A stretch of 64,000 nt of DNA from Alphaproteobacteria bacterium (lineage in GTDB: Bacteria; Pseudomonadota; Alphaproteobacteria; UBA828): positions 2,304,001 to 2,368,000 of the forward strand of contig CBDCCI010000002.1 in assembly GCA_965214705.1 (NCBI GenBank). The letters run 5' to 3'. Positions 18,001 through 27,010 of this stretch are shown in pieces. Made by a program: the position numbers and the translations under genes. Each line of letters begins with the position of its first letter. Within the stretch, counting starts at the first letter, position 1. Under the pieces are notes generated by a model. The model was not told where the DNA came from, searched no databases, and saw nothing but the letters and a program-made list of their open reading frames with translations.

Positions 18001-19583
18001 GGGGCGGACAGCACCTCGCCGTCGCCGGTGACGGCCTCGTCGCCGGCCGGGTCCGCGTCGCCCTCGCAGCGCCGGACCGTCTCCCAGCCCGAGCCGATGC
18101 GGTAGTGCGCGGAGAGGTGTCGGGCGTGGGCCTCGCCCGCGAGCACCACGCTCTCGAGCTGGGCGTCCGACAGCAGTCCCTCGGTCACCACCCGTTCGGG
18201 CAGCAGCGGGCGGTAGGCCGGCGCCGGGTGCGCAACCGCGGCCATGGCGGCGGACTGCACGAGCGGGGTGGGATGGGCGATGGCGCCCGGCACGCACACG
18301 ACGCTCGGCCGCCACGGCGCGTAGGGGCCGGTGGCCGAGTCGGCGGCGAGCGCCCCCGTGCCGGCCTCGGGCGGGGCGGTCTCCACGGTGAGCTCGGAGA
18401 CCTCGCCCCAGTCGCGGGCGGACTTCGGTGCGGGCTCCCGGGACGGCTTCCGGGTGGTCCGCGGCGTCGTGGTCCGCGGGGCGGGCGCGGGGCCGAAGAG
18501 GTCCGCCGTGGGCGCGGGCTCGATGGGCAGGCGCGGCGGTACGTCCGCGATGACGGCATCGAGGAGGTCGGCCGCATCGGCGGCGCGGGCGCCGCGGTCG
18601 ACGGCGATACCGGGCTCGCGGCTCCGGTCGACGACGGTGAGCCGGGTGTCGAAGCCGGTGCCGCGCCGGGCGTAGGCGCGCCCGTCGACGGCCGTCGTGA
18701 AGACGACCCGGGCGTCGTCGAGCGAGGCGAAGGCGGCGGTCCACTCGGCGTCGCCCGGCACGCAGTTCGCCGACGTGATGGCGGCGAGCCGCCCGCCCGG
18801 CGGGAGCATCGAGAAGGCGGAGCGCAGGTGCCGCAGGTCCGCGTCGTGGCGGATCCGGGCAACGCCCGGCGTCGCCGAGAACGGCGGGTTCATGACGACG
18901 ACCGTGGGCCGCAGGCCGGCGAGGTGGTCGGCGACGGACTCCGCGTTGTGGCGGGTGACGCGCGCGTCGGGGAAGAGCGCGGCGAGCAGGCCGGCGCGGA
19001 CGGCCGCGATCTCGTTCAGGTGCAGCGCGCCGGCGGCGCGATGCCTAAGCGCGCACTCGGCCATCACCGCGAGCATGCCGGTGCCGGCGCTGGGCTCGAG
19101 CACGACATCGCCGGGGCGCACCGCGGCGGCCCGCAATGCGGCGTAGGCGAGCGGAAGCGGGGTGGAGAACTGCTGGAGCCGGACCTGCGCCTCGGAGCGC
19201 TTGGTGTGCGAGGGCTCGAGCGCCGCGACCGCGTCGAGCATCGCGAGCATGCGGCTTGGGCCGTCCGCTCCGGCGCCGGCCCGGCGGCGCATGGCGCGCC
19301 CGTAGCGCTTCAGGAACAGCACGACGGCGGCCTCGGCCGCCTCGTAGGCGTCCTTCCAGACCCAGGCGCCGGCGGTGTCGCTCGCCCCGAAGGCCGTGGT
19401 CATGGCGGTGCGCAGGGTCGCCGCGTCGAGCGCCCGGCCGGCTTCGAGCACCGGCACGAGGGCGGTGGCCGCGGCGAACAGGGCCGGAGCGCCGGCGGGC
19501 GTGTCCGGCACCGGCGCCGGGGCGGGCGCGAGGGGGTGCGCCGGGCGCGCGGGGGCGTCCGGCGCCGGGATGGCGTCGAGCAT
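15099..19583 (-). CDS. N6-methyltransferase fused to strawberry-notch SF2 helicase
   Basis: QQFSTP, EPSAGTG, NPPF; LSDAQLESV, GDGTGCGKGRQ, FDEAH, SATG, GLGRTHRTHQ. Confidence 0.92.
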   Translation of the reverse strand: MLDAIPAPDAPARPAHPLAPAPAPVPDTPAGAPALFAAATALVPVLEAGRALDAATLRTAMTTAFGASDTAGAWVWKDAYEAAEAAVVLFLKRYGRAMRRRAGAGADGPSRMLAMLDAVAALEPSHTKRSEAQVRLQQFSTPLPLAYAALRAAAVRPGDVVLEPSAGTGMLAVMAECALRHRAAGALHLNEIAAVRAGLLAALFPDARVTRHNAESVADHLAGLRPTVVVMNPPFSATPGVARIRHDADLRHLRSAFSMLPPGGRLAAITSANCVPGDAEWTAAFASLDDARVVFTTAVDGRAYARRGTGFDTRLTVVDRSREPGIAVDRGARAADAADLLDAVIADVPPRLPIEPAPTADLFGPAPAPRTTTPRTTRKPSREPAPKSARDWGEVSELTVETAPPEAGTGALAADSATGPYAPWRPSVVCVPGAIAHPTPLVQSAAMAAVAHPAPAYRPLLPERVVTEGLLSDAQLESVVLAGEAHARHLSAHYRIGSGWETVRRCEGDADPAGDEAVTGDGEVLSAPVRFRRGWALGDGTGCGKGRQVAAVVLDQWHRGRKRALWLSQSDKLVEDARRDWTALGGRDEDVIALGKFRQGAEIPLDEGILFATYATLRSPARQGKPSRLDQIVGWLAGSLDEDDRHAFDGVIVFDEAHAMANAAGSKGNRGEVAPSQQGRAGLRLQRALPDARIAYVSATGATTVPGLAYAERLGLWAAGETPFETRTDFVSAMEAGGVAALEVVARDLKALGLYQARALSYDGVEVDILEHPLSDAQRRIYDAYAGAFKVIHHNIEAALKATGIVDEEATRNKNAKSAAMSAFEGAKQRFFGHLLTSMKCPSLIRAIEADLDAGRSVVVQLVSTGEALMERRIVEIPASELDDLHVDLTPRETVIEFLAHAFPVQLQEPFTDEDGNVLSRPVVDDDGHPVLCQEAVARRDALIEKLAALPPVPSALDQLVHHFGHDAVAEVTGRSRRVVKVTDARGLRLALRGRPASANLAETAAFMDGTKRILIFSMAGGTGRSYHADLACANTERRVHYLLESGWRADQAIQGLGRTHRTHQASAPLFRPVTTNVKGERRFIATIARRLDSLGAITRGQRDSQTAMGGGDATLFRASDNLESLYAKMALRQFYIALSLGHIPDWSVDRFQKATGLKLVHEGSLKEELPPMSRFLNRLLALPIDEQNALFAALETRIEANIEQAVEAGVFEVGVETVRADSLIASDRETLYTHPGTGAATELVEILRRDRLAPTTAETALALSEHEPGPDGKPRLVVNARSKRAAVVLSATSHMLDDGGVQERVRLVRPATRESMARHELDASHWRPADEATWRALWEHEVSELPTHRESRFWLAAGLLLPVWDRLPAENMRVRRLSTDDGDALIGRVLDAEQVRAVRGSFGLDTAFAMTGAEAFEAVMGRGTALALANGWRLARRRIMGADRIEIEGPADTDTATLRRMGCTVEIVSWRARAFAPGAQVLDRILERWPLAA

Positions 19584-19715
19584 GGCGTTCTCCGAATCGG
19601 GATGGTGGGAACCGCCGGGAAGGCGGCGCGGGGGCTGATTCCCGCGCGGCCTCCCCGGGCCTGCCCCCGGCCGGCCGGACGTCCTCCTGCCGGCGGGGAG
19701 CGGGATGCGCGGTGC

Positions 19716-20009
19716 TCAAGCCGGGACGGCGTTCCGACCCTCGGCCACGCGGGCGCGGCAGGCGGCGGTCAGGCGGGCGTACTCGGTGGTGTCGATGACC
19801 CCGCCCACGTCGAGTAGGAAGGCGAGCTGCAGGCCGATGAGCCGCACGGCGGGGTCGGTGCGCTGCGCGCCGCCCTCGCGGATGACCTGCCGGCAGGCGT
19901 GGCTGAGCGTGATGACGATGCCGCTTGGATTGCAGGCGCCCGTCTCGGCGATGAGGAGCGCGTCGCGGTGCCGGTCGAAGTCCGGCGGCAGATCGCCGAG
20001 GGCGCTCAC
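19716..20009 (-). CDS. hypothetical protein
   Basis: GTG start overlaps the upstream stop; GACNPSGI...DPAVRLI. Confidence 0.55.
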   Translation of the reverse strand: MSALGDLPPDFDRHRDALLIAETGACNPSGIVITLSHACRQVIREGGAQRTDPAVRLIGLQLAFLLDVGGVIDTTEYARLTAACRARVAEGRNAVPA

Positions 20010-20344
20010 GGCGAGCCCCTGCGCACGGTGTCGACGAGGCCGTCGACCAGCGCGGGCTCGGCCCGGCAAGCGGCGCCCCAGCCACGCAGGTTGGCCTCGA
20101 CGTCGGACCACGAGCCGATGAGAGCGTTGAAGAACGGGTCCTCGGTGGTGGCGGCGTACACGCACTCCCCGCTCACCGCGACGCCGGTGACGGCGGGACG
20201 GGTCATGGCGGGCCGGCCGATGGCCCAGCAGAGCAGCGCCGCGAACTTCGGCGACAGGCGCTCGCCCTTCGCGGGGTCCATCGGGTGCGGGGCCGGCGGC
20301 GGAGCGGCAGGCGGAGCGCCGGCGGCGGATTGGGTGGCGGACAT
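20006..20344 (-). CDS. hypothetical protein
   Basis: AAGGAG RBS; co-oriented. Confidence 0.6.
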   Translation of the reverse strand: MSATQSAAGAPPAAPPPAPHPMDPAKGERLSPKFAALLCWAIGRPAMTRPAVTGVAVSGECVYAATTEDPFFNALIGSWSDVEANLRGWGAACRAEPALVDGLVDTVRRGSP

Positions 20345-20432
20345 GGGGCGTCTCCTTGTGGTGGGAGGACATACGAAAACGCCCCGCCCCGGACGGGGCC
20401 GGGACGGGGCGCGGACGGGAGCGTGGGGGCGC

Positions 20433-20816
20433 TCAGGCGGCGACGCTCGTGTGGAGACCCGCGGCGGCGTCGAGCTCGGGGCCGTGCTCGACGATGTGCC
20501 CGGCGGTGCGCGCGGCCTGCGTGTAGACCGACATCGGGTGCTTGGCCTGGAAGTGCCGGTCGCGCTCGATACCCAAGCCCCAGCGCAAGCGGATGGCGGC
20601 GATCTCGGCGAGGCTCGAGTACCCGAGCTCCGGCGTGCCGAAGCCGAGATCGGCGAGGCCGAACAGCGTGTCGCCGTCCTCCGGGTCGAGCTCGTTGAAG
20701 AGCCACGTCGCCGCCCCGCAAGGGTTGAAGAACTTGACGACCGGCGGGTGGTCCTGGTCGCGGTTGCGGCCGTTGCGGAGCAGCCGCTCGCGGTGCTTCT
20801 TGGTGAGGAGCATCAT
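20433..20816 (-). CDS. DUF2958 protein
   Basis: PVVKFFNP.GAATWL, LFGLADLGFGTPELGY, IERDRHF. Confidence 0.85.
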   Translation of the reverse strand: MMLLTKKHRERLLRNGRNRDQDHPPVVKFFNPCGAATWLFNELDPEDGDTLFGLADLGFGTPELGYSSLAEIAAIRLRWGLGIERDRHFQAKHPMSVYTQAARTAGHIVEHGPELDAAAGLHTSVAA

Positions 20817-20830
20817 GGGGAGACCTCCGA

Positions 20831-21043
20831 TCAGTGGGCGGCGGGCCGGGCGGCCGTGCGGCAGGGCCCGAGCGCGACCGCGATGTCGTCGCCGTCGACG
20901 GTGACGGTGACCCGGCGATCGCGCGGGAAGAGCCAGTGGATCTCGGTCCAGACCGCATCGGCGATGGCGCGCTTGCATGCGTCGTCGCGGGACGGCGGCG
21001 CGGGGGCGCCGGTGTCCGGGCGGGGACGGGCGGGGGCGTGCAT
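20831..21043 (-). CDS. small protein resembling the C-terminal segment of the nearby GHKL ATPase
   Basis: GGAGGA RBS; KRAIADAVWTEIHWLFPRDR versus RTSIAAAVARELFWLIPHDR. Confidence 0.55.
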   Translation of the reverse strand: MHAPARPRPDTGAPAPPSRDDACKRAIADAVWTEIHWLFPRDRRVTVTVDGDDIAVALGPCRTAARPAAH

Positions 21044-21200
21044 GGTGGGGTCCTCCGGTGGAACGAAGACGGGAGGAGGCGCCGGGGACGCTCCCGCGCC
21101 CCGGTCCTCCTTCGCCCGGGAGGAAGCCGGCCCCGGCTCCTGGCGGCGCCGGGGCGGCTTGGGCGGTGGACGGCCGGGCGGTGGTGGCCGGCGGGCGGGC

Positions 21201-21683
21201 TCAGTAGTCGAGGATGCGAACGATCGCCTTGCCGTGCCGCACCGTCGCGTGGGGCCTGCCCCGCGCATCGAGCGAGACGGTGACCACGGGCTTGCTGCCC
21301 GGAGGCGGCGGCGGGTCGGAGACTTCGGCGGTGACGGTGCCCGCGGCGTCGACGAAGCGAAGCCGCACCGTGCCGCCCGAGACCTCGATGCTCCCGGGCC
21401 GGCCGGGACCGGCCAGCGTCACCACCGGCGGGGCGCCGCGCTCGGTGAAGCGGTCCGGGATGGGAAGCGCGGAGAGCGGCCCGTCCCACGGATCTGCGCC
21501 GGCGCCGCGGCAGGCGGCGACCGCGAACGGGTCCGAGGCGTGGCCGGTGTCGTCCCAGCGCTCGTTGTCGTCGGCGTCGCGGATGGCGGCCGGAATCGCC
21601 TCTTCCAGCGACTCCGCCTCCACGGTGACGGTGGCGCCCCAGTAGCGGGCGAGGCTTAGCTGGACGGTCCAGGGCGTCTTCAT
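21201..21683 (-). CDS. hypothetical protein
   Basis: ATGA overlap with the GHKL gene stop; ATVTVEAESLEEAI. Confidence 0.6.
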   Translation of the reverse strand: MKTPWTVQLSLARYWGATVTVEAESLEEAIPAAIRDADDNERWDDTGHASDPFAVAACRGAGADPWDGPLSALPIPDRFTERGAPPVVTLAGPGRPGSIEVSGGTVRLRFVDAAGTVTAEVSDPPPPPGSKPVVTVSLDARGRPHATVRHGKAIVRILDY

Positions 21684-23425
21684 GACACGGCCCCCCCGGC
21701 GGGCTCGCCGAACGTCACCGTCACCCGGCGCTCGCGCACCGCGATGTCGGCGCCCCGGTCGTGGGGGATGAGCCAGAAGAGCTCGCGCGCGACCGCGGCG
21801 GCGATGGAGGTGCGCCGGGCCTCGTCGTCGGAGACCAGGAGGCGGGTCGCGATGTGCAGCGCCTCGGAGTCGAAGTCGTCGCGCTGCCGCTCCCACGAGT
21901 CGGCGTCCGCATCGTCGCTGGGCGAGAAGAAGCCCGCGCGCAGGAGCTCGGCGAGCGTCCAGGGCTCGAGCGTGCTGTCCGCGGCGACCAGCGGCAGGAC
22001 ATCGTGCACCCAGGACCCCGTGTCGCCCGCGAAGGCGAGGTCGGTCGGGAGGTCGAGGATGCGTCCCGCTCCCTCGGCCGGACGGACGGCGAGGCTGACG
22101 CAGATCGCACCGGGGCGCGGCGGCCGCGGTGTATCGGGCGCGCCCCAGCGCTCGGGCACGGGGTAGGCTTCGAGCGCGCAGGTGCGCCCGTCCACGGTGA
22201 TCTCCATGTGGAGGTTCACCACGCGTTCGATCGCGTCGTACCAGGCGTAGCCTTCGAGGCGGCGGTCGGGGTCGAACAGGCGCTCGGCGACGGCGTTGCG
22301 CCCGGCGGCCCTCGCGAAGACTTGCGCCTCGGGCGGCTCGGGGTCGCACGCCACGAGGAGCGCCCCGTCGCCGACCGGCTGGAGCTTCGGCGGCTCGCGC
22401 CAGTTGTCGATGTCGGCGATTCCGGCACGCCAGGGCTGGAGCTCGGCCGGCGGCGCGGCGATGGAGATGTCGGCCTCGTGCGCCCGCTTGCGGTCCTCGA
22501 ACGAGGGCCGCGGGTCCGGATCGGCGGCCATGGCGCGGTAGACGGCAAGGCGGGCGGCGGCGCGCATCTCGTCGAGGAACGGGGTCTCGACCGCTTCTTT
22601 CCGCGCGGGCAGCACGAGCTCGAGCTCGGGCGCGTCCTCGACGTCGGCGGCGACCGTCCAGCGCGGGCCATGCACCGACTCGACCGAGGGCAGGCGCACC
22701 GAGACGGTGGCGCCGTGGAAGTTCAGGTCGGGGTCGCTCAGGCCGATGCCGTTCCAGCGGTCCTTGAACACGCCGAAGACGAGCCCCCGCCAGCGCTCGG
22801 CATGCAGCGCGCCTTCGAGGAAAGGGCGGCGTTCGAGGAGCTCGCCCGTGGGCGGGGTGTGGCCCTCGCGCTCGAACACGACCGGCAGCGGGTAGTGCCA
22901 CGCCGCCGACCCGATGGCCTTGCGCACGGCATCGGCGCTCTCGGCGCCGGTGGTCTCGAACGTGACGGTGGTGCCGTGCGGCCAGGGCGCGGTGTCGTCG
23001 GGCAGGACAGTGGCTTCGGCGTCGCCCAGGAAGTGCTCGGGCGCGAGTGCGACGCGCCAGCCGGATGCCGTGGTGTGGTCGCAAGTGCGGGGCCGGGACG
23101 CGACGGTGCAGCCGCGGCGGGCGAGGCTCAACATCCCCATGCCGGCCGCGTCCTCGGACGCCACCAGGGCCTCGCTCCAGCCGTTCTCGCCGAAGCTGAG
23201 CAGGACCGATGCGTCGGCGATGCCGGTCCCGTCGTCGGTGACGGTCACCGCGAAGGGGCCGTCGCCGGGGCCGGCGACGACGACGCGCACGCGCGCGGCG
23301 CCGCCCCGGCGGGCGTTCTGAAGGAGCTCGGTGAAGACATCGCCCAAGGTCGCGGCGAAGGTCCTCGTCACGCGCCTGATGGCGCTGTCGTGGATGCGCG
23401 CGCGGATGCTTCGAGTGTCGTTCAT
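21680..23425 (-). CDS. GHKL (HATPase_c) ATPase with uncharacterised C-terminal region
   Basis: ELLQNARR, DDGTGI, AAGMGMLSL, HGTTVTF boxes. Confidence 0.8.
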   Translation of the reverse strand: MNDTRSIRARIHDSAIRRVTRTFAATLGDVFTELLQNARRGGAARVRVVVAGPGDGPFAVTVTDDGTGIADASVLLSFGENGWSEALVASEDAAGMGMLSLARRGCTVASRPRTCDHTTASGWRVALAPEHFLGDAEATVLPDDTAPWPHGTTVTFETTGAESADAVRKAIGSAAWHYPLPVVFEREGHTPPTGELLERRPFLEGALHAERWRGLVFGVFKDRWNGIGLSDPDLNFHGATVSVRLPSVESVHGPRWTVAADVEDAPELELVLPARKEAVETPFLDEMRAAARLAVYRAMAADPDPRPSFEDRKRAHEADISIAAPPAELQPWRAGIADIDNWREPPKLQPVGDGALLVACDPEPPEAQVFARAAGRNAVAERLFDPDRRLEGYAWYDAIERVVNLHMEITVDGRTCALEAYPVPERWGAPDTPRPPRPGAICVSLAVRPAEGAGRILDLPTDLAFAGDTGSWVHDVLPLVAADSTLEPWTLAELLRAGFFSPSDDADADSWERQRDDFDSEALHIATRLLVSDDEARRTSIAAAVARELFWLIPHDRGADIAVRERRVTVTFGEPAGGAVS

Positions 23426-23511
23426 GTGCGGTTCTCCGTGGAGGAAGCAAAGACACAGGCGCCCCGCGCCGGACGATGCCGGGCGGGGCGCCTGCACGGG
23501 GGGTGGAACGC

Positions 23512-25995
23512 TCAGTGGACGCGGCGCAGGAACTCGGGGACGTCCGGCGCCTCGCTGCCGGCTCCGGTGCCGTTGGCGGGAGCGGCCTCCGGCCCCTCGG
23601 CGCCGCTCACCGCCTCCGGGCCGGCCTCGCCCTCGGCGTGGGCCGGAGCCGCGCGGCCGTTGCCGTTCGCGCCAGTGTGCGCTTGGGCGCCGTCGGCCCC
23701 GGCATCGGGCGCGGGGACGGCGGCGCCGTTCCCGTTGCGGGCCTCGCCCTCCGCGTGGACCGGTGCGGTGTGGCCATTGCCCTTCCGGGCCTCGGCCTGC
23801 GCTCGGGCGGCGGCGCGCTGCTCGGCGACGGCCGGGGACACGATGCCCTCGACCATCGAGGTGGTGCGCGGCTTGTCCTCGGGCGCGGCGTCGGCGGATG
23901 CGTCCGCGGGCGGGTCCCCGGCCTTCGCCGGCGCGGCATCGTCGGCGTCCGCGCCTCCGGCGTCGAACGCCGCGAACCCCGGCATCGTCCAGGCAAGCGC
24001 GGCGGCGTGCGCCGAGGCGCCCAGGCCCACCGGCGGCGGGCCGGCCGCGAAGGCGTCCTCCATCGCCTTCGCGAGGTCGGGCTTCTTGTACTTCGACCGG
24101 GCCGCCGCCCAGGCCGCGCCGAAGGTCTTGCGGGCGACGTCGAGGATGCGGCTCTTGGTGATGCGCGACCACAGCATCTCCGCCGTGGGGCGCACGTGCT
24201 TCGCGAAGTCGATGCCGAGCCGCGCGACCGTGGCCTCGAGCTCCGGCCGCGCGTCGTGCTCGAAGGCGAGCTGGCCCTTGACCGTGCGCGCGACCGCGGC
24301 CGCGAACAGCCGCTCCTTGTCCGCGCGCGGGAGCGCCTGCAACGCCGCGAAGCAGGCCGCGTCGTCGTCGCCCTCCATCCACGCGAAGGGCAGGTGCGAC
24401 CAGTCGGCGAGCATCGCCTCGCCCGGGCTCCACGCGGCGAAGCCGTCGTCGTTCGCCCGCGTCGAGGGCCGCTCGGCGGTCTCGTTGAACGCGATGTCGA
24501 GGGCGTGCCACGAGGCGGTGTAGCCCCGCGCGAACACGGCGCGCACCATCTGGAACACCACGAGGTCGAACGCGGCCTCGAAGTCGCCGGCGAGATGCGC
24601 CTTGATGAGCGCGGTGCGGATGGCGCGCAGATCGTCGGCGAGCCCGATGCCGACGCCGGCCTCCTCGCGCGCCTTGGTACGCGGATCGGGCGGCGATGCG
24701 AGGGGCGTCGAGAGGGCCGGCGCGTCAACGCGGCTGCCCGAATCGGTCGTGGCGTCGCCCTCGGTGTCCGCATCCCGGCCGTTCGCGTTCGCGGCGGGGG
24801 CGGACTCGGTCGGGATGTCCTCCGGCTTCACCAGCCCTTCGATGACGTGGAGCGAGCCGTCGCGGCCGATGGTGGCGATGCAGCCGGCCAGGCCCAAGTC
24901 CTCCGGGCGGAACGTGCACCGGCCGTCGACCTCGGCCTCGATCGCGTCGAGGCGCATCTCGATGCCCTCGGCCTCCTCCACGAGTTCGTCCGTCCACTCA
25001 TGCTCTTCCATGGTGGCGATCTCGTCGTGGCGGGTGCGAAGGCGCTCGATCTCGACCTTCTCGGCGTCGGTCGGCTCGGATGGCTGGGGGCGGATGCGCC
25101 CGTAACGGGCCGTCGCGCTCCAGTCGACCTCGACCATCGCCTCGGCCCACTTCCAGCGCGTCGCGAGCTCCGCGGCGGCGGCGGCGAGTCGCTGCGTGGC
25201 GAGCTCGGTCAGCAGCTTCGGGTCCTCCAGCCACACCCCGTTCTCGTACTCGTCGGCGAAGAGGTCGCGCAGCACCGGGCCGCCCGCGGCCTCGTAGGCG
25301 TCGACGCCGACGAAGCGGGCCATCGCGGCATTGGCCGGCACCCGCTCCTCGGTCAGCAGGCGCTTGACCGGCCAGGCGTTCGGGCGGTGACCCTGGCTCG
25401 TCACCTGCTCGAACACCGCGCGCTGGCGCTCGTGGTCGGTGGTGACCGCGAACGCCTTCAGCGTCTCGAGGTCGATGGCCTCGGCGCGGTAGGCGTCGAT
25501 GAGCTCGGGCGCGGCGTTGCCGAGCCGCAGGCGCTGCTCGACCAGGCGCTCGCTCACGCCGAAGCGCGCGGCGATGGCGGCGACGGTGGCGCCGGACCGG
25601 ACGAGGTCGGCGAAGGCGACCACCTGATCGGCCGGGTGCATGGGGAGGTGGTTGACGTTCTCCGCGGTCGAGAGCTCGGCGGCCTCCTCCTTCGCGACGA
25701 TCTTGCAGGGCACGGGGTGGTCGGCGTGCAGGGTGCCGTTCTCGGCGAGCGCCTTCAGCGCCCAGAAGCGGCGCCCGCCCGCGACCACGGCGAAGCGCTC
25801 GACGCCGTCCGCGTCGGGCGCGTCGGGGCGGGCGACGAGGTTCTTGAGCAGCCCGTGCGCGGCGATGGACGCCCGGAGCTGGGCTTGAGCGGACTCGTCG
25901 GGCGGGGTCTTGCGCACGTTCTCGGGCGCAAGCGCGAGCCGGCAGAGCGGGATGGCCCGGATGGCCGGCTCGGGCGTGGAAGTCGTCGGGTTCAT
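23512..25995 (-). CDS. long ParB/Spo0J-family protein
   Basis: NVRKT, SIAAHGLLKNL, VVAGGRR, STAEN, HPADQ, HTH IAARFG; GGAG RBS. Confidence 0.9.
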   Translation of the reverse strand: MNPTTSTPEPAIRAIPLCRLALAPENVRKTPPDESAQAQLRASIAAHGLLKNLVARPDAPDADGVERFAVVAGGRRFWALKALAENGTLHADHPVPCKIVAKEEAAELSTAENVNHLPMHPADQVVAFADLVRSGATVAAIAARFGVSERLVEQRLRLGNAAPELIDAYRAEAIDLETLKAFAVTTDHERQRAVFEQVTSQGHRPNAWPVKRLLTEERVPANAAMARFVGVDAYEAAGGPVLRDLFADEYENGVWLEDPKLLTELATQRLAAAAAELATRWKWAEAMVEVDWSATARYGRIRPQPSEPTDAEKVEIERLRTRHDEIATMEEHEWTDELVEEAEGIEMRLDAIEAEVDGRCTFRPEDLGLAGCIATIGRDGSLHVIEGLVKPEDIPTESAPAANANGRDADTEGDATTDSGSRVDAPALSTPLASPPDPRTKAREEAGVGIGLADDLRAIRTALIKAHLAGDFEAAFDLVVFQMVRAVFARGYTASWHALDIAFNETAERPSTRANDDGFAAWSPGEAMLADWSHLPFAWMEGDDDAACFAALQALPRADKERLFAAAVARTVKGQLAFEHDARPELEATVARLGIDFAKHVRPTAEMLWSRITKSRILDVARKTFGAAWAAARSKYKKPDLAKAMEDAFAAGPPPVGLGASAHAAALAWTMPGFAAFDAGGADADDAAPAKAGDPPADASADAAPEDKPRTTSMVEGIVSPAVAEQRAAARAQAEARKGNGHTAPVHAEGEARNGNGAAVPAPDAGADGAQAHTGANGNGRAAPAHAEGEAGPEAVSGAEGPEAAPANGTGAGSEAPDVPEFLRRVH

Positions 25996-26201
25996 GCGAA
26001 TCTCCATGAATGGATGGATGGTTGGGCGCGGAGGACACGGCCCTCTCCGGCCGTTCCGCGCCCGCCCGGGGCCCGCCCCGCTCCGGCTCTCGGCGGCGCG
26101 TCCGCGGGGCGGAGCGGCCGGCGGCGGGCCGGAGGCGGGAGGCGGGATCGGCGCAGGCCCGGCGGCGGGCGTCTGGACCGGACCGCCGTGGATCGCGCGA
26201 T

Positions 26202-26723
26202 TTACGAGGAGGCCCGCCCGTCGCGGTCTACCCATCGCGGATCGACGACGCCGGCGAGCGCGAGCTCCGTCACGCGGCGCTCGGCATCGGGCAGCGCGCG
26301 CGGCGGCTCGTCGCGGGCGGCCTCGTACGAGAGTCCGAGCGAGACGAACAGGCGGGTGTCGGCGCGCCAGTCGCAGGCGGAGCGGCAGCATTGGCGCGTG
26401 GGGCTCGCGAGCCAGCCGAGAAAGCGCCCGGCGAGCCACACCGCGACCTCGTGGCGGCGCTCGGCGCCGCGCCACTTGACGACGCCGAACGACGGCGGCG
26501 ACAGGGGCCGGGCGAGGGTGGTGCCGGCCGCGGCCTCGTAGCGGCGCACCGCTTCGGCGAAGTCGGCGCCGGGGCCGTCGCGGCGCCACAGGTACTCTTG
26601 GCCCGCGAGCAGGAGGAAGGCGTCGAGGCGGGTGGCGGGACCGGGCGCCCGGTCGAGGAGGATGCGCGCGGCGCGCATCGTCGCGTCGGTGTCGAACGAC
26701 GCGGAGGGGTCAGGCATGGCCAT
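26202..26723 (-). CDS. hypothetical protein
   Basis: GGAG RBS; preceded by the conserved upstream repeat. Confidence 0.5.
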   Translation of the reverse strand: MAMPDPSASFDTDATMRAARILLDRAPGPATRLDAFLLLAGQEYLWRRDGPGADFAEAVRRYEAAAGTTLARPLSPPSFGVVKWRGAERRHEVAVWLAGRFLGWLASPTRQCCRSACDWRADTRLFVSLGLSYEAARDEPPRALPDAERRVTELALAGVVDPRWVDRDGRASS

Positions 26724-27010
26724 GGGCGCGCTCCAGATTGCGAGGGGACGGAGAGGACCGGCGAACGCTCCCGCTCCCGGACCCTCCCTCGCCCGGCCCG
26801 GCGCCGGCCCCGCCTCCGGGCGGCGCCGCGCACAGCACGCGGGATGCATGGACGGGGGAGGCTCCGGCCGGCGGCCGGTCGGACGGTTCGATGGCGACTC
26901 GCCCGGAAGGCGGGGCGAGCGGGCCGGAGCCCAAACGGGGGAAGGCGCGGGGGCGCGGGGCGCGGCGGTCGTGGTGGAGAGCGTTCGGAAGCGGGGCGGG
27001 CGCGTGGCGC

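Noticed and set aside
14961-19817. 1618-aa plus-strand ORF and similar long ORFs (21761-24523, 23476-26541, 28377-30740, 62505-63998)
   Set aside because: Antisense shadows of genuine genes in high-GC DNA; no motifs
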